NCBI GenBank assembly: GCA_964247055.1
Contig: OZ176054.1
Location: forward strand, 4,526,001 to 4,590,000
From: Paragordius varius
Lineage: Eukaryota; Animalia; Nematomorpha
Direction of reading: 5' to 3'
Length of the DNA: 64,000 nt
Below are positions 1 through 13,018 of the stretch, in pieces. The notes below the pieces were generated by a model. It was not told the DNA's origin. It did not search any database and saw nothing but the letters and a program-made list of their open reading frames with translations. Each line of letters begins with the position of its first letter. The first letter of the stretch is position 1. A program made the position numbers and the translations under genes.

Positions 1-1993
1 AACTGAGCTACGTTCGTTCTTAGGCTTAATAAATTTTCATGAGCGGTTTATACCAAACTGTCACCCACATCTAGCAACCTTACACAAGTTAAGTGGAAAG
101 AATACTCCTTGGCGGTGGACCCCGGCAGATGATAGTGAATTCGCGAAAGCAAAAAGCTTGCTAACCAGGCCCCCCGCTTTAATGCCATTTAACGACCGTT
201 TTCCCTTGTTGATCGAAACAGATGCTTCCAACAAGGGGTTTGGGTCAATACTGTTTCATAAGACCCCACAGGGGAAACGCCCAATTTTTTACGCGTCACG
301 AACTTGTTCAATAGCAGAAAATGGTTATTCCACGATCGAAAAAGAGGCCAAGGCCATAGTGTTCGCCCTAGAAAAATTTAAATACTTTATATATGGAAGA
401 CCTTTCGAGATATATACAGATCATAAACCGCTGGTGTCATTTGGGCGGAAGAGAGACATCAACAATATTAATAATAGCAAACTGCTCAGGTGGATATCGA
501 AGACCATCGGGTACGAGTATGAAATATTTTACAAGAAAGGGAAAGAAAACTTAGCCGACGCGTTGTCGAGACTTCCCATAGAGCATAGCCAACCAGATGA
601 TGAAGATGACGCGGCCACCAAGCAGGTACGATTTTTGGCTCTAAAAACGCTTGATGTAAATAAGAAAGTGGTCGAAGAGGCAACGATCACTGACCAACGG
701 TTATCAAAAGTTAAAAATGCTCTAAGGACAAACAGTTGGATCGACGAAGATCTGAAACCTTTTTAAAACATAAAAACGACTTGGAGTGGTGTTATAATCT
801 GTTATACCTGAATGATCGCTTAGTGATACCACAAGCGATGCAGGAAACGATATTGAAACTTCTGCATACGGGACACAGCGGGCTAAAAACAATGAAAGCC
901 CAAGCCCGGTGTTCGGTATTTTGGCCCGAATTAGACACCGATCTAGCGAATTATGTGGAAAGGTGCGAGGCTTGCCAAACGACCTAACGCACCTGAAAAT
1001 CTTCCCTATCGATGGAATTTTAACACTTTGACATGGGAAAGGTTACATATAGATGTTGCTGGACCGGTGGACGGATATTATTGGTTAGTGACTATCGATA
1101 GCGCCTCACGGTGGGTAGAGATAGATCTTCTTAAATCAATAACGAGTCAAAGCGTTTTAAATTGCCTGGAAAAACACATCGCACGATTTGGTTTTCCCCG
1201 CCAAATTGTGACCGATAACGCCACGTATTTTACTTCAAGAGAATTTACGACTCTCCTAAATCATATGAATATAAAGCACATCTGTGCAGCACCCTATCAC
1301 CCCAAAACAAACGGTCTAGTAGAGAGAGTAACAAAGACATTAAAAACGAAATACGCCGCTACTAAGACCCAACAAATGCAAGCATATGAAGCTATCAACA
1401 CGGTCCTTTATTCGTATCTAACTAGCATGCATTCTTCGCTAAAAGAAACGCCTTCCGCCATATTCCTAAAACGGCGTGTACACAATCCTATCTCTTGGGT
1501 AAAAACAACCCCTGTCGAATATATAGAGCACGAAAATGAACCGAGACGCGAATTTCAACAAGACGATCCTGTCTATATTAAAAATGAAATGGCCGTAGGC
1601 TGGCGGCCAGGTCACATTCTGGAGAGAAGGGGGTTACTCTCGTATGAAGTGCAAGATGAGGAAGGGATTCAAAAACGTAAACATGCAGATCAGTTACGAC
1701 GTAGGTCAGGAGGGAATTCATACGAAACTAATCCCTTAATAGAGCATAAATATCCCAGCGTCGAAAGTGTCCCGGGTCATGTCGAGGGAGCCCACTCCGA
1801 ACAAACCTTCCATCCCACCTCGGAATCTCAAATAGTCCATGCCCCAACTCCTGCTACCTCATGGCAAGACGTAGCCCCAGAATCGCTGACGCCTGTAGAG
1901 GTCATACCCGACGTGGAAAAGGAGGTTTCTGACCTACCCGAGCGTAGATATCCGCTAAGAAGACGGCAGCCTCCCGATCGTTTAAACTTATAG
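1..1993 (+). mobile_element. Ty3/Gypsy LTR retrotransposon pol, 3' part: RT thumb/connection, RNase H, integrase. 5'-truncated by the window edge and carrying two frameshifts
   Basis: Frame 2 is open from base 2 (TELRSFLGLINFHERFIPN...WRWT). RNase H motifs are present (ETDAS, EKEAKAI, YTDHKPL, ADALSRLP). The zinc-binding motif HTGH...CEAC lies in the 736-987 frame. The integrase core LHIDVAGP, VTDNAT, NGLVER has exactly 35 residues between the second D and the E. The C-terminus has an SH3-like segment and ends RRYPLRRRQPPDRL, a tail I associate with Mag/K02A2.6-like Gypsy elements. Frame changes occur at ~760 and ~978. Confidence 0.95.
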
Positions 1994-2030
1994 GTATAAT
2001 GTACGAACACGACAGCCCCCGTGGTTAACT

Positions 2031-2041
2031 TAGGGGGAAAG
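2031..2041 (+). promoter_or_regulatory. Polypurine tract (PPT) of the Gypsy element
   Basis: TAGGGGGAAAG lies 38 nt after the integrase stop and 3 nt before the TGTAA that starts the putative 3' LTR. Confidence 0.8.
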
Positions 2042-2044
2042 TAA

Positions 2045-2311
2045 TGTAAGGTTATAATATTCTATTTTGTTAACACACTCAATTCATGTTGCATCAGTTA
2101 TTTTGTATTTGAATATTATATATATTTCGTGTTAAAGCTTATCTGTTGTTGAGAATAACCATTGTGTAACGTCTACGCAAATAAGGCATGCACACATAAA
2201 AAAAGAACTTGTGATTTAATAGCCAGTCACTTTTTTATTTTGGTTTTCTTTTTATCGCTCAACTCTTTTTTAATATACCATATTGCTATACGTGAATAAA
2301 TCAACTTTACA
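2045..2311 (+). repeat. Putative 3' LTR (~267 bp) of the Gypsy element
   Basis: Starts TGTAA directly after the PPT and ends TTACA, a 5-bp inverted repeat with TG...CA ends. AATAAA at 2295-2300. The right boundary is less certain because the last ~20 bp also resemble the neighbouring MITE, and the 5' LTR is outside the window. Confidence 0.6.
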
Positions 2312-2826
2312 ATGGTGAAGTAACCTTTTGCTTTTAATAAACCAAGATTTTGAAATTTTACAAGATTAATATTTTATTAATTTTAAGAAATTTTCGAAAA
2401 TCCACTTTTTTTTCAGAAACGGAATTGATACATTTAGTATATTTTTATATGCCATTTTTTTAAATATTAGCAGAGTTTTTCTATAAATTGATCCTCTTTT
2501 GTATCCACCCAATGATTATTTAGCCAAAATTTATCAAATTAACATATAGCATTAACAAAGGTTTGAATTACATATAAAACCAAAATTTTATACATAAATA
2601 GTTTCCAAAATAATTTTATCCATATTTTTAAATCTGTCTAGTGTGCCCTACACCACATTTGCAAAATCTTTAAGTTTTACTTGATCATATGATTTTTTAT
2701 CACCTCCGAATCAAGTTTTCTTGCTTGACTTAAGTCGTGTAATATTAATTTTTTTATCACATGAAAGCAAGCCATGATTTGAAAAACTTGCAAGTCAAGT
2801 CATAATAATTTTTTATCACCCGACCT
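2312..2826 (-). mobile_element. Partial inverted copy of the 3065-4102 MITE, truncated on the left by the Gypsy LTR
   Basis: 2326-2825 is the reverse complement of ~3065-3577 with scattered substitutions. It ends TTTTTTATCACCCGACC, a degenerate form of that element's terminal repeat. Confidence 0.8.
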
Positions 2827-3064
2827 ATAATAAGCATATATTTTAAATTTTATATAGCGCAATCATGCTATTTTTACCTGTATATAAAGAGAACTGCCTA
2901 ATTTACTAGACTGAAAGAATTTGGGACTTTCGGGCCACACATTTAAAAATTAAATTTTTCTTAAAAATATAATGGTTTTTTATGTAGTTTAGGATATATT
3001 TTAATGATATAACATTTATCTTTCACCAAAAAATCAATATTTCTATGCGCAATTTCGCTTCTTG

Positions 3065-4102
3065 GGGTGGGGTGATAAAAAAATTTTTTTGACTTGACTT
3101 GCAAGTTTTTCAAGTCATGGCTTGCTTTCATGTGATAAAAAAATTTAACATTAGGGCACTTAAGTCAAGCGAGAAAACTTGATAAGGAGGTGATAAAAAA
3201 TCATATGTTCAAGTAAAACTTAAAGATTTTGCAAGTGTGGTGTAGGGCACACTTGACAGATTTAAAAAAATGGATAAAATTATTTTGGAAACTATTTATG
3301 TGCAAAATTTAGGTTTTATATGTAATTCGAACCTTTGTTATTGCTATAAATTGTTAATTTGATAAATTTTGGTTAATTAATATATTCATTGGTTGGATAC
3401 AAAAGAGGATAAATTTATAGAAAAACTCTGCTAATATTAAATAACATGGCACATAAAAATATGCTAAATATATTAATTCCGTGACTGCAAAAAAATTAGA
3501 TTCTCGAAAATTTCTTAAAATTAATAATTAAATAGTAATCTTGTAAAATTTCAAATCTTCGTTTATTAAAAGCAAAACTTCACTTTAACTAATGTAAAGA
3601 ATTTATTTCATCATAAATTTATTTCGAATGTAATGTTTATAATCAATTAAAAATAATTATGTTATATTGTATAAACATCTTCCCATTATATTTGAAACTG
3701 GACTCCAAACAAAATAAGTAGTGTGGTAAAATAATGGAAAGTGTTTTAAGGGCGAATGGTTTTATCAATCTAAAAATTATTACCAGGCTCACAATTTAGA
3801 AAAATCTATAATATTATATAAGATATGTGCCAGTGAGTTTGAAAAACTTCAATAGATGCATATTGTAGTTATTGTTTAAATTTTTGTGCCTTATTTCATA
3901 AATTTTAGCTGAAAATAATCAAAAAATTTCTATAAAATTCGAATTGAGTGGCAAAAAAGTGTTACATTCATAAGCAAAAGACTTAACTTAAGTGTTTTTT
4001 TTATCACCGATCTTCAAGTGTGCACTTGCTGGCTTAAGTAATCTTGCTCAACTTGCCACGCTTGGCTTACAAGTCAAGTGCGACTTTTTTATCACCCCAC
4101 CC
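3065..4102. mobile_element. Non-autonomous DNA transposon (MITE, 1038 bp) with 18-bp TIR and 3-bp TSD
   Basis: Perfect TIR GGGTGGGGTGATAAAAAA (3065) and TTTTTTATCACCCCACCC (ends 4102). TTG flanks both sides (3062-3064 and 4103-4105). The GTGATAAAAAA motif is repeated subterminally at both ends. GG termini with a 3-bp TSD fit PIF/Harbinger- or Zator-like superfamilies, but assignment is uncertain. Confidence 0.75.
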
Positions 4103-4999
4103 TTGATATGGAGCACCTAACCACGAAAGTATATATAATTTTTTAAATAACTAGCGTCCACCACGATAAACATTTTTATATCAGCATAAATTTTTCGTGA
4201 CACTGTGATAATACTCGTAAAACCAAAAAAGCACCATTAGAATCTTGATATATTTCTATCTAATTATATAATATTTATCATATACTTTTTCCCTGATATT
4301 GTGCGCAGTGTAATTGGGATGCGATCATTACTATTATCTCAGATTTTTAATTAAAAGTCGTGTCTGTCAACTAATTGCTACATATAATTTAGTTTTTAGC
4401 AATAAATTATATTTAATATGACGTTGAACACATTTTTAAACTAAGAATCTTAATGATAAAATGTTCAGCATTATCAGACAATATAGATAAGCTTTTTTAA
4501 TATCTTTGAGTGTTTTCAAACCGTTTTACTAGGCTCCAAAAGGCTTAAATCTAGCAATTTTCCTATAAATTGACATTTAAGTCACAACATTAATTATTTC
4601 GTAAATTTTTTTTTGCTATCTTAATTTTTTTTCCGCGCAATATTGCCATTTCGCATTTGTTTAAGTAAACCTGTTTATTTTGGACAGGTAGGAAAAATAA
4701 GGAGAGCTTGAATCTGAAATTTAAAATTTTTTACGGTTGTATTTTATGTTTCGGATACAATATTTTTTAGTGATGTTTTTGAAATAAAGCATCACAAAAT
4801 GTGCTCAAATTTTTTCATTTTTTATATGGAGCATACAATAATATATATTTATATTTGTTTCAAACATGAGAAAACCCATCAGAATATATATAATTCAGTA
4901 ACCCACTGATTATTATGTGCGCATTGTTTATAATAAAAATCAGATGGATTTCTGCAACATTTATCAAAACATATGTCTTAGAATCTCAAATTTTAATTA

Positions 5000-7900
5000 A
5001 TGTCAACCTGGCCACTATTAGATAATTTTAGGCCAAAGCAGGTTATGGTTTCTCAGCCTGGTGATACCAAACCAAAACCTACGTCTCGAAAAAAATCTAA
5101 TTGTTCCGGAGATACTATTCTTCAAAAAAAACTAAGTCTTTGTAAAGAAGAAAACTCTACGCGAATAGACCTTAGCAATATTCAAGTTTTTAAAATTAAT
5201 TATATAGATAACAGCGCTTCCTATTACGATTAAAGAAGTATTGAAATGTAATATTTAGCTTTCACAATTAAAAGAATTGTTTCTTTATGGTAATAAATTA
5301 ACATTTTTGCCTACTGAAATCGGATGCTTAATCAATTTAAAAATATTGAGTTTAAGTGAAAATTGTTTATCTTCATTGCCAGACTCTTTTATGAATTTGA
5401 AAAATCTCCAAATATTAGATTTGCGACACAATAAATTTCAGGAGGTGCATATTTATATTAATGTTTAGATACCTCAAGTTCTATACAAAATTACCTCATT
5501 GACCACATTGCATTTTCGATTTAACCGAATCAAAATACTTGATGAGGATATAAAGAATCTTCAAGTTGATTTTTTTATAATTTTAGAATTTAAGCGTTTT
5601 TAGTTTACGAGAAAACAAACTTAAATATTTGCCAAAAGGGATTGGCAGTTTGAAAAATTTAACTTCATTAGACGTTTCACACAATCATTTGGAATATCTA
5701 CCTGATGGTTTGTTTTATAATTACTGTTGAACAAATATTAATTTTATAATAATTATAAGATGGAAGATACTAAAGTTTCGTATAACTTTATTATATTATA
5801 CAACAATATATTTTGACCACTTGATTTTTCTAACATCAAATATCATTTTACAATCGATAATATTTTATTATTTATATTTTGCGACATCTTTCCCATTGTC
5901 ACCTTTAAAACATTTGAAAGTTGCTGCAAATGTATTTTCCGATATTATATATCGGATATATATAGACACATATGGCATTTTATATATTTTTAAAATTAAT
6001 AAGTTTGAATATCCCAATCTTTTATAATACGATGAATGTTTAGCAAAAAATGTTAAAGAAAAATATTAAAAGTTTGAATAATTGTTACATAATTTAACAT
6101 CGAAATCACGATTTCATCATTAAGGTCTTTTTAAATAATATTTTTAGATCAAAATTCAATTAAATCAAAGTTTGTGCATTTTTTATTTTCCATTTAAAAT
6201 CTATGCCGTATTTTCATTTTACTTGTAGAATTTTGACCTATTTATATTAAATATCTCTTTGACTTTTTATTTAAATATTTTGTACTATTTATTTATCTTT
6301 TGTTACTTTAAGACGATATTAATATTTGACAATTTTTAAAATTTAAATATCGAAAATTTTGAGTTTTGTGGTGGATCTAGGCCGAAAATTATAAATAAAA
6401 GATCGGAAACAATTTTTTTAATTATATTCCGGTATCTCCATGAATTTCACAAATGTTACAGTTAATATATTTAATGTCTATTATAATGAATGTGCAATAT
6501 AATTGTTTCCCTAATTGTACTAAATATCTATAAATATTACAAAAATCTATTACCTGCAAGTCCAATACATCTCAAATGTTTTATTTTCTAATGGTAAATG
6601 CGATCAACATAACATCGGCGAAATTATTTTATCCAACATTCATAAGGTAACGATATGTGTCATTCTTTGAAACTTTTATAAATCACGATTTATCAACAAT
6701 TCTTTACAGAAATACTACATCAAGGGGAAACTTTTGTTTAAAATTAATATTTATTTCCTAAAATAAATTTTTCTAAATTAACCATATAATATCCATTTTT
6801 TCGTGGTTTTTATTTAATAAAACCATTAAACTTATATAAAATCGCCTTTTTTATTCTAATATATATTTATTTACACCTTCAAATATAAAAGTTAAATTTT
6901 ATTTTTTGTCTTTTTCACTCAGTAAATATGGTCATATATGTCTAAACTATACTTTTTAAATTTCAACACAATAATATAAATATTTTTAATGCACAATGGT
7001 AGACAGTTTGTTGTGTTTTCTGAGAAAATGGCTTGTATGTGCTTTTTCATTATTGTATATTAAAAATTAAAATGCCTTTGTCATTTTTTTTGAAATTTCA
7101 ATATATATAAATATTTTTTTTAATTGTAATAATATTAAAGAATTTATGACTAAACTTCGTACTAATCATATTAATTAGTGATTTATTTGCTACGCCTTAT
7201 TAGTAATTATGCAATCAATCACATTTGGTGTTCCGGTATGTAGTTTTTGTCTTCACTTTTAAATTGTTTTTTCTCTCATTCTGTTATCAGGTTTCAATTA
7301 AATTTTATACTTTATAATTTGAGGGGAAAATCTTTAGTAGTTTAATTTTAGATATAATATTAAACCAAATATTTATAAACATATCCAGACATACTTATGT
7401 TTAACGGTTTATTATCGGGGGTACTTTAAGTTTTTTATATGCCATAAATATATTTTTTTCGCAGTTGGCTATGTGGATTTTATAATATCTCAAACGCTTA
7501 TCAAAATTAATTTTTAATTTGATATAGTTAAAGTTGATTTAACTTTTTTTAATATAAATTATTTTATATAGATACTTTATCCATATCAAAAGCTTGAATA
7601 GGTCGGAAGTATTTTTGATATTATTTTATAAATATCTTATTATTTTCAGTGTAGAAATTAATTTGACCTTGTTGACTCCTTAATTTAATAATAAATTTAA
7701 TGTCAAATAATGAATAATATCCTATATTTATCATTTCGATTTTGCTCTAATAGATATTTCTGATTGCATTCAATTAACTTCCTTAAATCTTCAACACAAT
7801 GATTTAATCAGGCTTCCCGAAAATATTGGAAAATTACAAAATTTGGTGCGCATTGGAATAAAGTCTCATACTTGGATATAATAATTACTTTTAATTATAC

Positions 7901-10900
7901 CCATAAAAGAATCTTTGATTTAATATCTAATTTTTTTTATTTTAGATATAATTGCTTGACTTCCATTCCCAATTCTCTGTGCCAATGCAAAAATTTGGAT
8001 GAATTTAACATTGAAAGCAATAACATTACTTCTTTACATGTATAGTCCTTTTTGTTTTTGCTTATATTTTTGAAATTTATATTTATCAAATAATTTAGGA
8101 TCAATTTTTGAAATCTCTTTCCTACATCTCTAACATTACGATGGCACGAAACAAATTTGTAAATTTTCCGACTCAGAATATTCCTGGTGTATTTGCTAAT
8201 TGCACAGTAAACAAATTTATATACATATATATATATATTTAAATCATAGAGCCTTAATCTCGAACATAACCAAATTGCAAAAATACCTTTTGGCGTTTTT
8301 AATTCAGCTTCATTGCTTAATAAACTCAATCTCAAGGACAATCAAATTAATTGTCTTCCTTTGGGTATGTATTTATCAAAAACATTTTTTCTTTTTATTT
8401 ATTTTTAGTGATTTACAATTTTTAATTACTATGTTTGACTAAAATTAATGGATTTTTCACTTTTGCCAATCATATTTCATTTTTTGGTTGATTTTTAATA
8501 TATTATATCGGTGTCACTATACTAGAGAAAAAATTATATTTTTGTTTTAAATTTGACAATAATAACGTTTAATCATGGTGTACATTTAATAGAGTAAATC
8601 ATGTGTGACTTTCCTTGTTTTATTGTAGTAAAATATGGGATACAAATTAATTTTTGAAAGGAATAAGCATTAAAATGCTTAAATAATTTATATAATTTCA
8701 TTTTTATACACTTCAATAATATTTTTTGGTTGGTGTTAAAAAATAAATTTCGTAATTTTTAAGTATAAACCTTATTTTTCATTTGGAAAACATGGATATT
8801 TTATAGTTACTATGGTAAAATTGTCTAAGTGTTTATTTTTCCTCTTAATCAGATATGCGAAATTGGACAAGCCTGGTCGAATTGAATCTTGGGACCAATC
8901 AATTGTCCGAAATACCCGATGATATAAAATATTTAACGAATCTTGAAATTTTGATACTTAGCAATAATCTTATTAAAGTTTATTTGTAATAAAATATTTT
9001 AGAATATTCCTATATCTATTGGGAGTTTGACGAAATTAAAGGTCTTGGATTTGGAAGAAAATAAATTAGAATCTTTACCAACAGACATTGGTAAAATATT
9101 ATATTTATTTTTATGTAAATTATAATATTTTTTACCATTATATTTGTATATGTAGGTTTTCTTAAAGAACTCAACAAACTTATTATTCAAAATAACCAAA
9201 TCACTTACATTCCACGTTCAATTGGGTTAAATTTTCTCAAATAATATTTAGAAATTTAACCAACCTTAAATTTTTTGGAGCCGGTGAAAATCTCTTAACT
9301 TATCTTCCTGAAGAAATTGGTAATTTATTTTATTTCTTTGAAATGTCGTCCCATGCAAACAGAATTAATTTGTGGTAAAATTTTATTGGTTTTTCAAAAA
9401 CTTTTCTTATTATTTCTAGAAACGAAAATTGATTATATTGTTTATTTTATTGATTATTCATTCTTTTTTTTGCGGAGGAAATATAATGGTATGATGTTAT
9501 AATCATTATATTGTGCCGCGTTTTTGAAAAATAGGTTATTTTTAAGATTATTTCTTTTTTTTGTATTAAATGACCAAATTAAAATCCACACTTTTCATCA
9601 TTGATTTAATAATTATTGTATTCTATTTTTGGCTTACCGATTTCGAATTATGTTTAGAACATATGAATAGTTTGGAAACATTGTATATCAATGATAACCC
9701 TTTACATAACTTACCATTTGAGTTGGGTATGTGCACTAAACTTCAAATTATGAGCATCGAAAATTGTCCATTGACTCAACTTCCACCAGAAGCTTTATCC
9801 GGTGGTCCTTCTTCCATTATTCATGTATGCACACAAAAATATATTTGATGTCCAAGTTCATTTTATAAAAAAAATCCGAGACAACCCTTAAAATTTTTAT
9901 TAAAAGTCAATACAAAACTAAGAATTAAGAAAATTTGTTGGCTATCAACACTTGTCGCCATAAAAAAGGAAAAAAATATATCTAAAATATATCTTATCAC
10001 CCAAAATAACTAAAACAATCTCTTATTTATTACTATTAAAATATCATTAATTCCTGTAATTGATTCATATAAAAATTTATATCATTAAAATCTGATTTTT
10101 CTTTTAAAATAACCCAACTTTCCACTATGTCACTTTAACATTTTAAACATTTGCTATAACATCCAAAATATTTTATTATTCCATCATTATCAAAACAGCT
10201 GTGTGCCTAAAAATAATTTTCTTTGCAAGTATTTTAGGGTTAAGCAATTTATAATGCAATGAAACATTAGCAATATATTTTTGCTCATATACCAATGCAA
10301 ATCGAAATATATTATTTTATGGTTTAATAAAATTATTCAGATATAAAAGCGTATACAGTTATGGGATGGTTGTTTTAATATTATTGGGTGATTTAATGAA
10401 ATAAGTAGTTTATTTGAATTATTAATTATTGAGTGCCAAAAAAATTAACACTGAAATAATTTAAAAATATAATATTTTTAATAAACATTTATTATGTTTG
10501 CGTTAATTGACAATTTTTAATTAAACGGTCAATTTTCTAATATGTTATTTAATATGTAAGTTTATAGTAATTGTTATTTTAAAGTAAAAATTTAAGTTTT
10601 TGAATAAGAGTAGGCATCAAATTTTGACTTTTTTAAATGCCATTCTTATCAAATTAATTTCATTAAAGTACATTAATAGTATAATTGGAAAAAAATTGGT
10701 CTAACATTTACGAATTTTTTTTATTAGGGTTTATCGATAATTTTTGCCGATCTAACATTAAACAAATTAAAAGTTTTAGCTGAGCCATGTATTATATATC
10801 ATTCGAAAGAGCGCGAAAAACTTTAGCTTTTGAATGTAAGTTGGTCATTTAAATCACTATATAAGAGTTATTGGGTTTATATGGTCAAAATTTTCAAATA

Positions 10901-11941
10901 TTAAATAAGTCAAATAGTTTTACAGACTAACTAATTTTAAATCATATATATTATAGTATAATTATTGGGCTTACATTAGTAAAAAATTAAAAAAATCTTT
11001 GAAAATGCTTTATTGTTTTTATTAAAAATTATTACTATCATAATTCTTTTACCTAGATAATAAAATGCATTTTTCTAACTGTAAATTCATTACATAATCC
11101 TTTAAAAGATCAAAACCTTAAACTTTGTTTTTAGTCTTTCAATTTTTGAAATTATACGCCTCCTAAAAAAATTTTAATATTAGATTGTAATTTTTTTTAA
11201 ACAAAAAATTAAAAATGGATGTTTTAAATGACCTGAAAGCAATAAATATCAAGTTTGTCTTATTTTTTTAGACATTCACTGCCATTACACAAATTTTGAG
11301 CTATTTTCATCCATTAGTTTTAAAAATATATTTAAAAAACGCTCTCGCTTTGCGGGTTTGTCGCTTCCTATGTCCGATATTAACTATTGATGTAAAACAT
11401 ATTAGTATGAATTTTATAGATTCATTACTCTTTTGAATGATATATTACAAATGGGCATTTGTTGTATATATTGAAAGAAAAACATTTTTTAGTAAAATTT
11501 TGATAAAGAGGGCACATAATCAAAAAAATCAAATCATAAAAATTCTTTAGTGGAATTATAATTTTTATTTCAGATTTACTGTTAAAATGATGGTAAATAT
11601 CAGAAAATGCAAAAAAATCGAGTGGCACAAAAACCTGTTGTCTAGTGTATAATGGTTTATTTTTGTTTATGGCATAATTGAATGCACTATGCAAATATAT
11701 GTATAAATATAAATATTGTAATTTGGCCATTAAATAAAACTTTAAATCCAATCACTACATTTATGACCGGTCAACCTTAATCATCCTTATTGTTAATAAT
11801 GTTAATTTAATAGGTTTAAACGACATATTATCAACCCAATTGCCTATAGTTTCCCTTATTAATTCTTGTTGTATCAATATATAATTTTGATATTTTATTT
11901 TTTAGTATCTCAGAACTCAAGCACCATATTACAATCCCTAA
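5000..11941 (+). CDS. SHOC2: Leucine-rich repeat protein SHOC2/SUR-8 (Ras-MAPK scaffold), 15 exons
   Basis: Exons: 5000-5185, 5208-5237, 5259-5444, 5469-5564, 5587-5707, 7754-7862, 7946-8039, 8099-8206, 8250-8364, 8853-8977, 9003-9090, 9156-9225, 9252-9319, 9658-9824, 11906-11941. All introns are GT-AG with consistent phases. The peptide follows human SHOC2 throughout ([79 protein letters not shown]...[12 protein letters not shown]). The true start codon is not certain. Confidence 0.95.
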
Positions 11942-13018
11942 CATTTGTGCGAGCCCCCTACTTTTTCACATAATCATGAATACAATAAAAGTTATTTAAA
12001 TCACAATTATTTATTGCATTATATAAAATGAGATTCAATAAATTACAAAAATAAAGCAAATATCATATTATAATTTTTCTGGATCATAACAGATATATGG
12101 TAAAAAAATATTGCAAACAAAAATGTGTGACATTTATATATGTATGATAATATGTGACTGATAAATGCGTGTTGCTTTTGGATGTAGAAAAAAACCGGGT
12201 AATGTTTATTTAGAATAGTTAGTTATAATATATTATTATCAATCCTTGTTAATTTGAGCAATCTCGTTGTTTGTTCCACCAATGTGAAAGATGATAGGAT
12301 TTTGGTGAGATATCATTCACATGCAAATGCCGACAAATTTGACATAAATAATCTGCTGACTCATAGCTTAATGATCCAAGAGAAAAATGCCTTTTCCACG
12401 CATGGAATGACCGGTAAAGCGATTCATTGGCATCAATTTTAAGTAGGTATTGAGCAAGGGATTTGAGATTTCCAGTGTGAAAATAGGGATGTGATAAATC
12501 ATTAGGTTCTAATTGGATAATAATAATAATATAATATATAATTTAAAAAATGATAAGAATTTCGTTTTTACATTCACAACGTTTATTGTTTAAAATTATG
12601 GTTTCATTTAATGATAATGCAGAGTCGACCCAAGATTTTGTAACCAAATTAGACAAAATATTCTCCTTATGTTTTAGCAGACAGATTTAGGCTTTTTATC
12701 ATTGGATTATGAGAAATTCTCTCAGTGATATTCAACTTATTGTTTAAGTCTTTGACATAGTATCGGATTTTTTAGAGATATGTTCACAGAGAGCCCTATC
12801 ATCTACGCTTCTACTGATTTATATAGTTGGTTTTAATAAACCCAAAATTAAAATCCTCTACAGCAAATCAAATGATACCTTGCTCGATAGACTCTCAGCC
12901 AGCGCAATTTTCGGTCATGTTGATCTTAGAACAAATACCATGGTCCGATTACCAAAAAATAATTAAAGAACCATTAATATAAAGGATAAACTAATCTTTT
13001 TATACGTGAAAACATAAA

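Noticed and set aside
486-2010. Antisense ORFs 486-683 and 1828-2010 within the retrotransposon
   Set aside because: Short shadows of the pol reading frame with no recognisable motifs.
7937-9502. ORFs 7937-8341, 8200-8442, 8999-9199 and 9317-9502 overlapping SHOC2
   Set aside because: Antisense or off-frame, low-complexity (I/Y/N/K/F-rich) products of AT-rich intron DNA.
12254-12480. Less AT-rich patch with a 62-aa ORF and a faint hAT dimerisation-like peptide on the minus strand
   Set aside because: The motif order is inconsistent and there are no termini. Probably old transposon debris, but unassignable.
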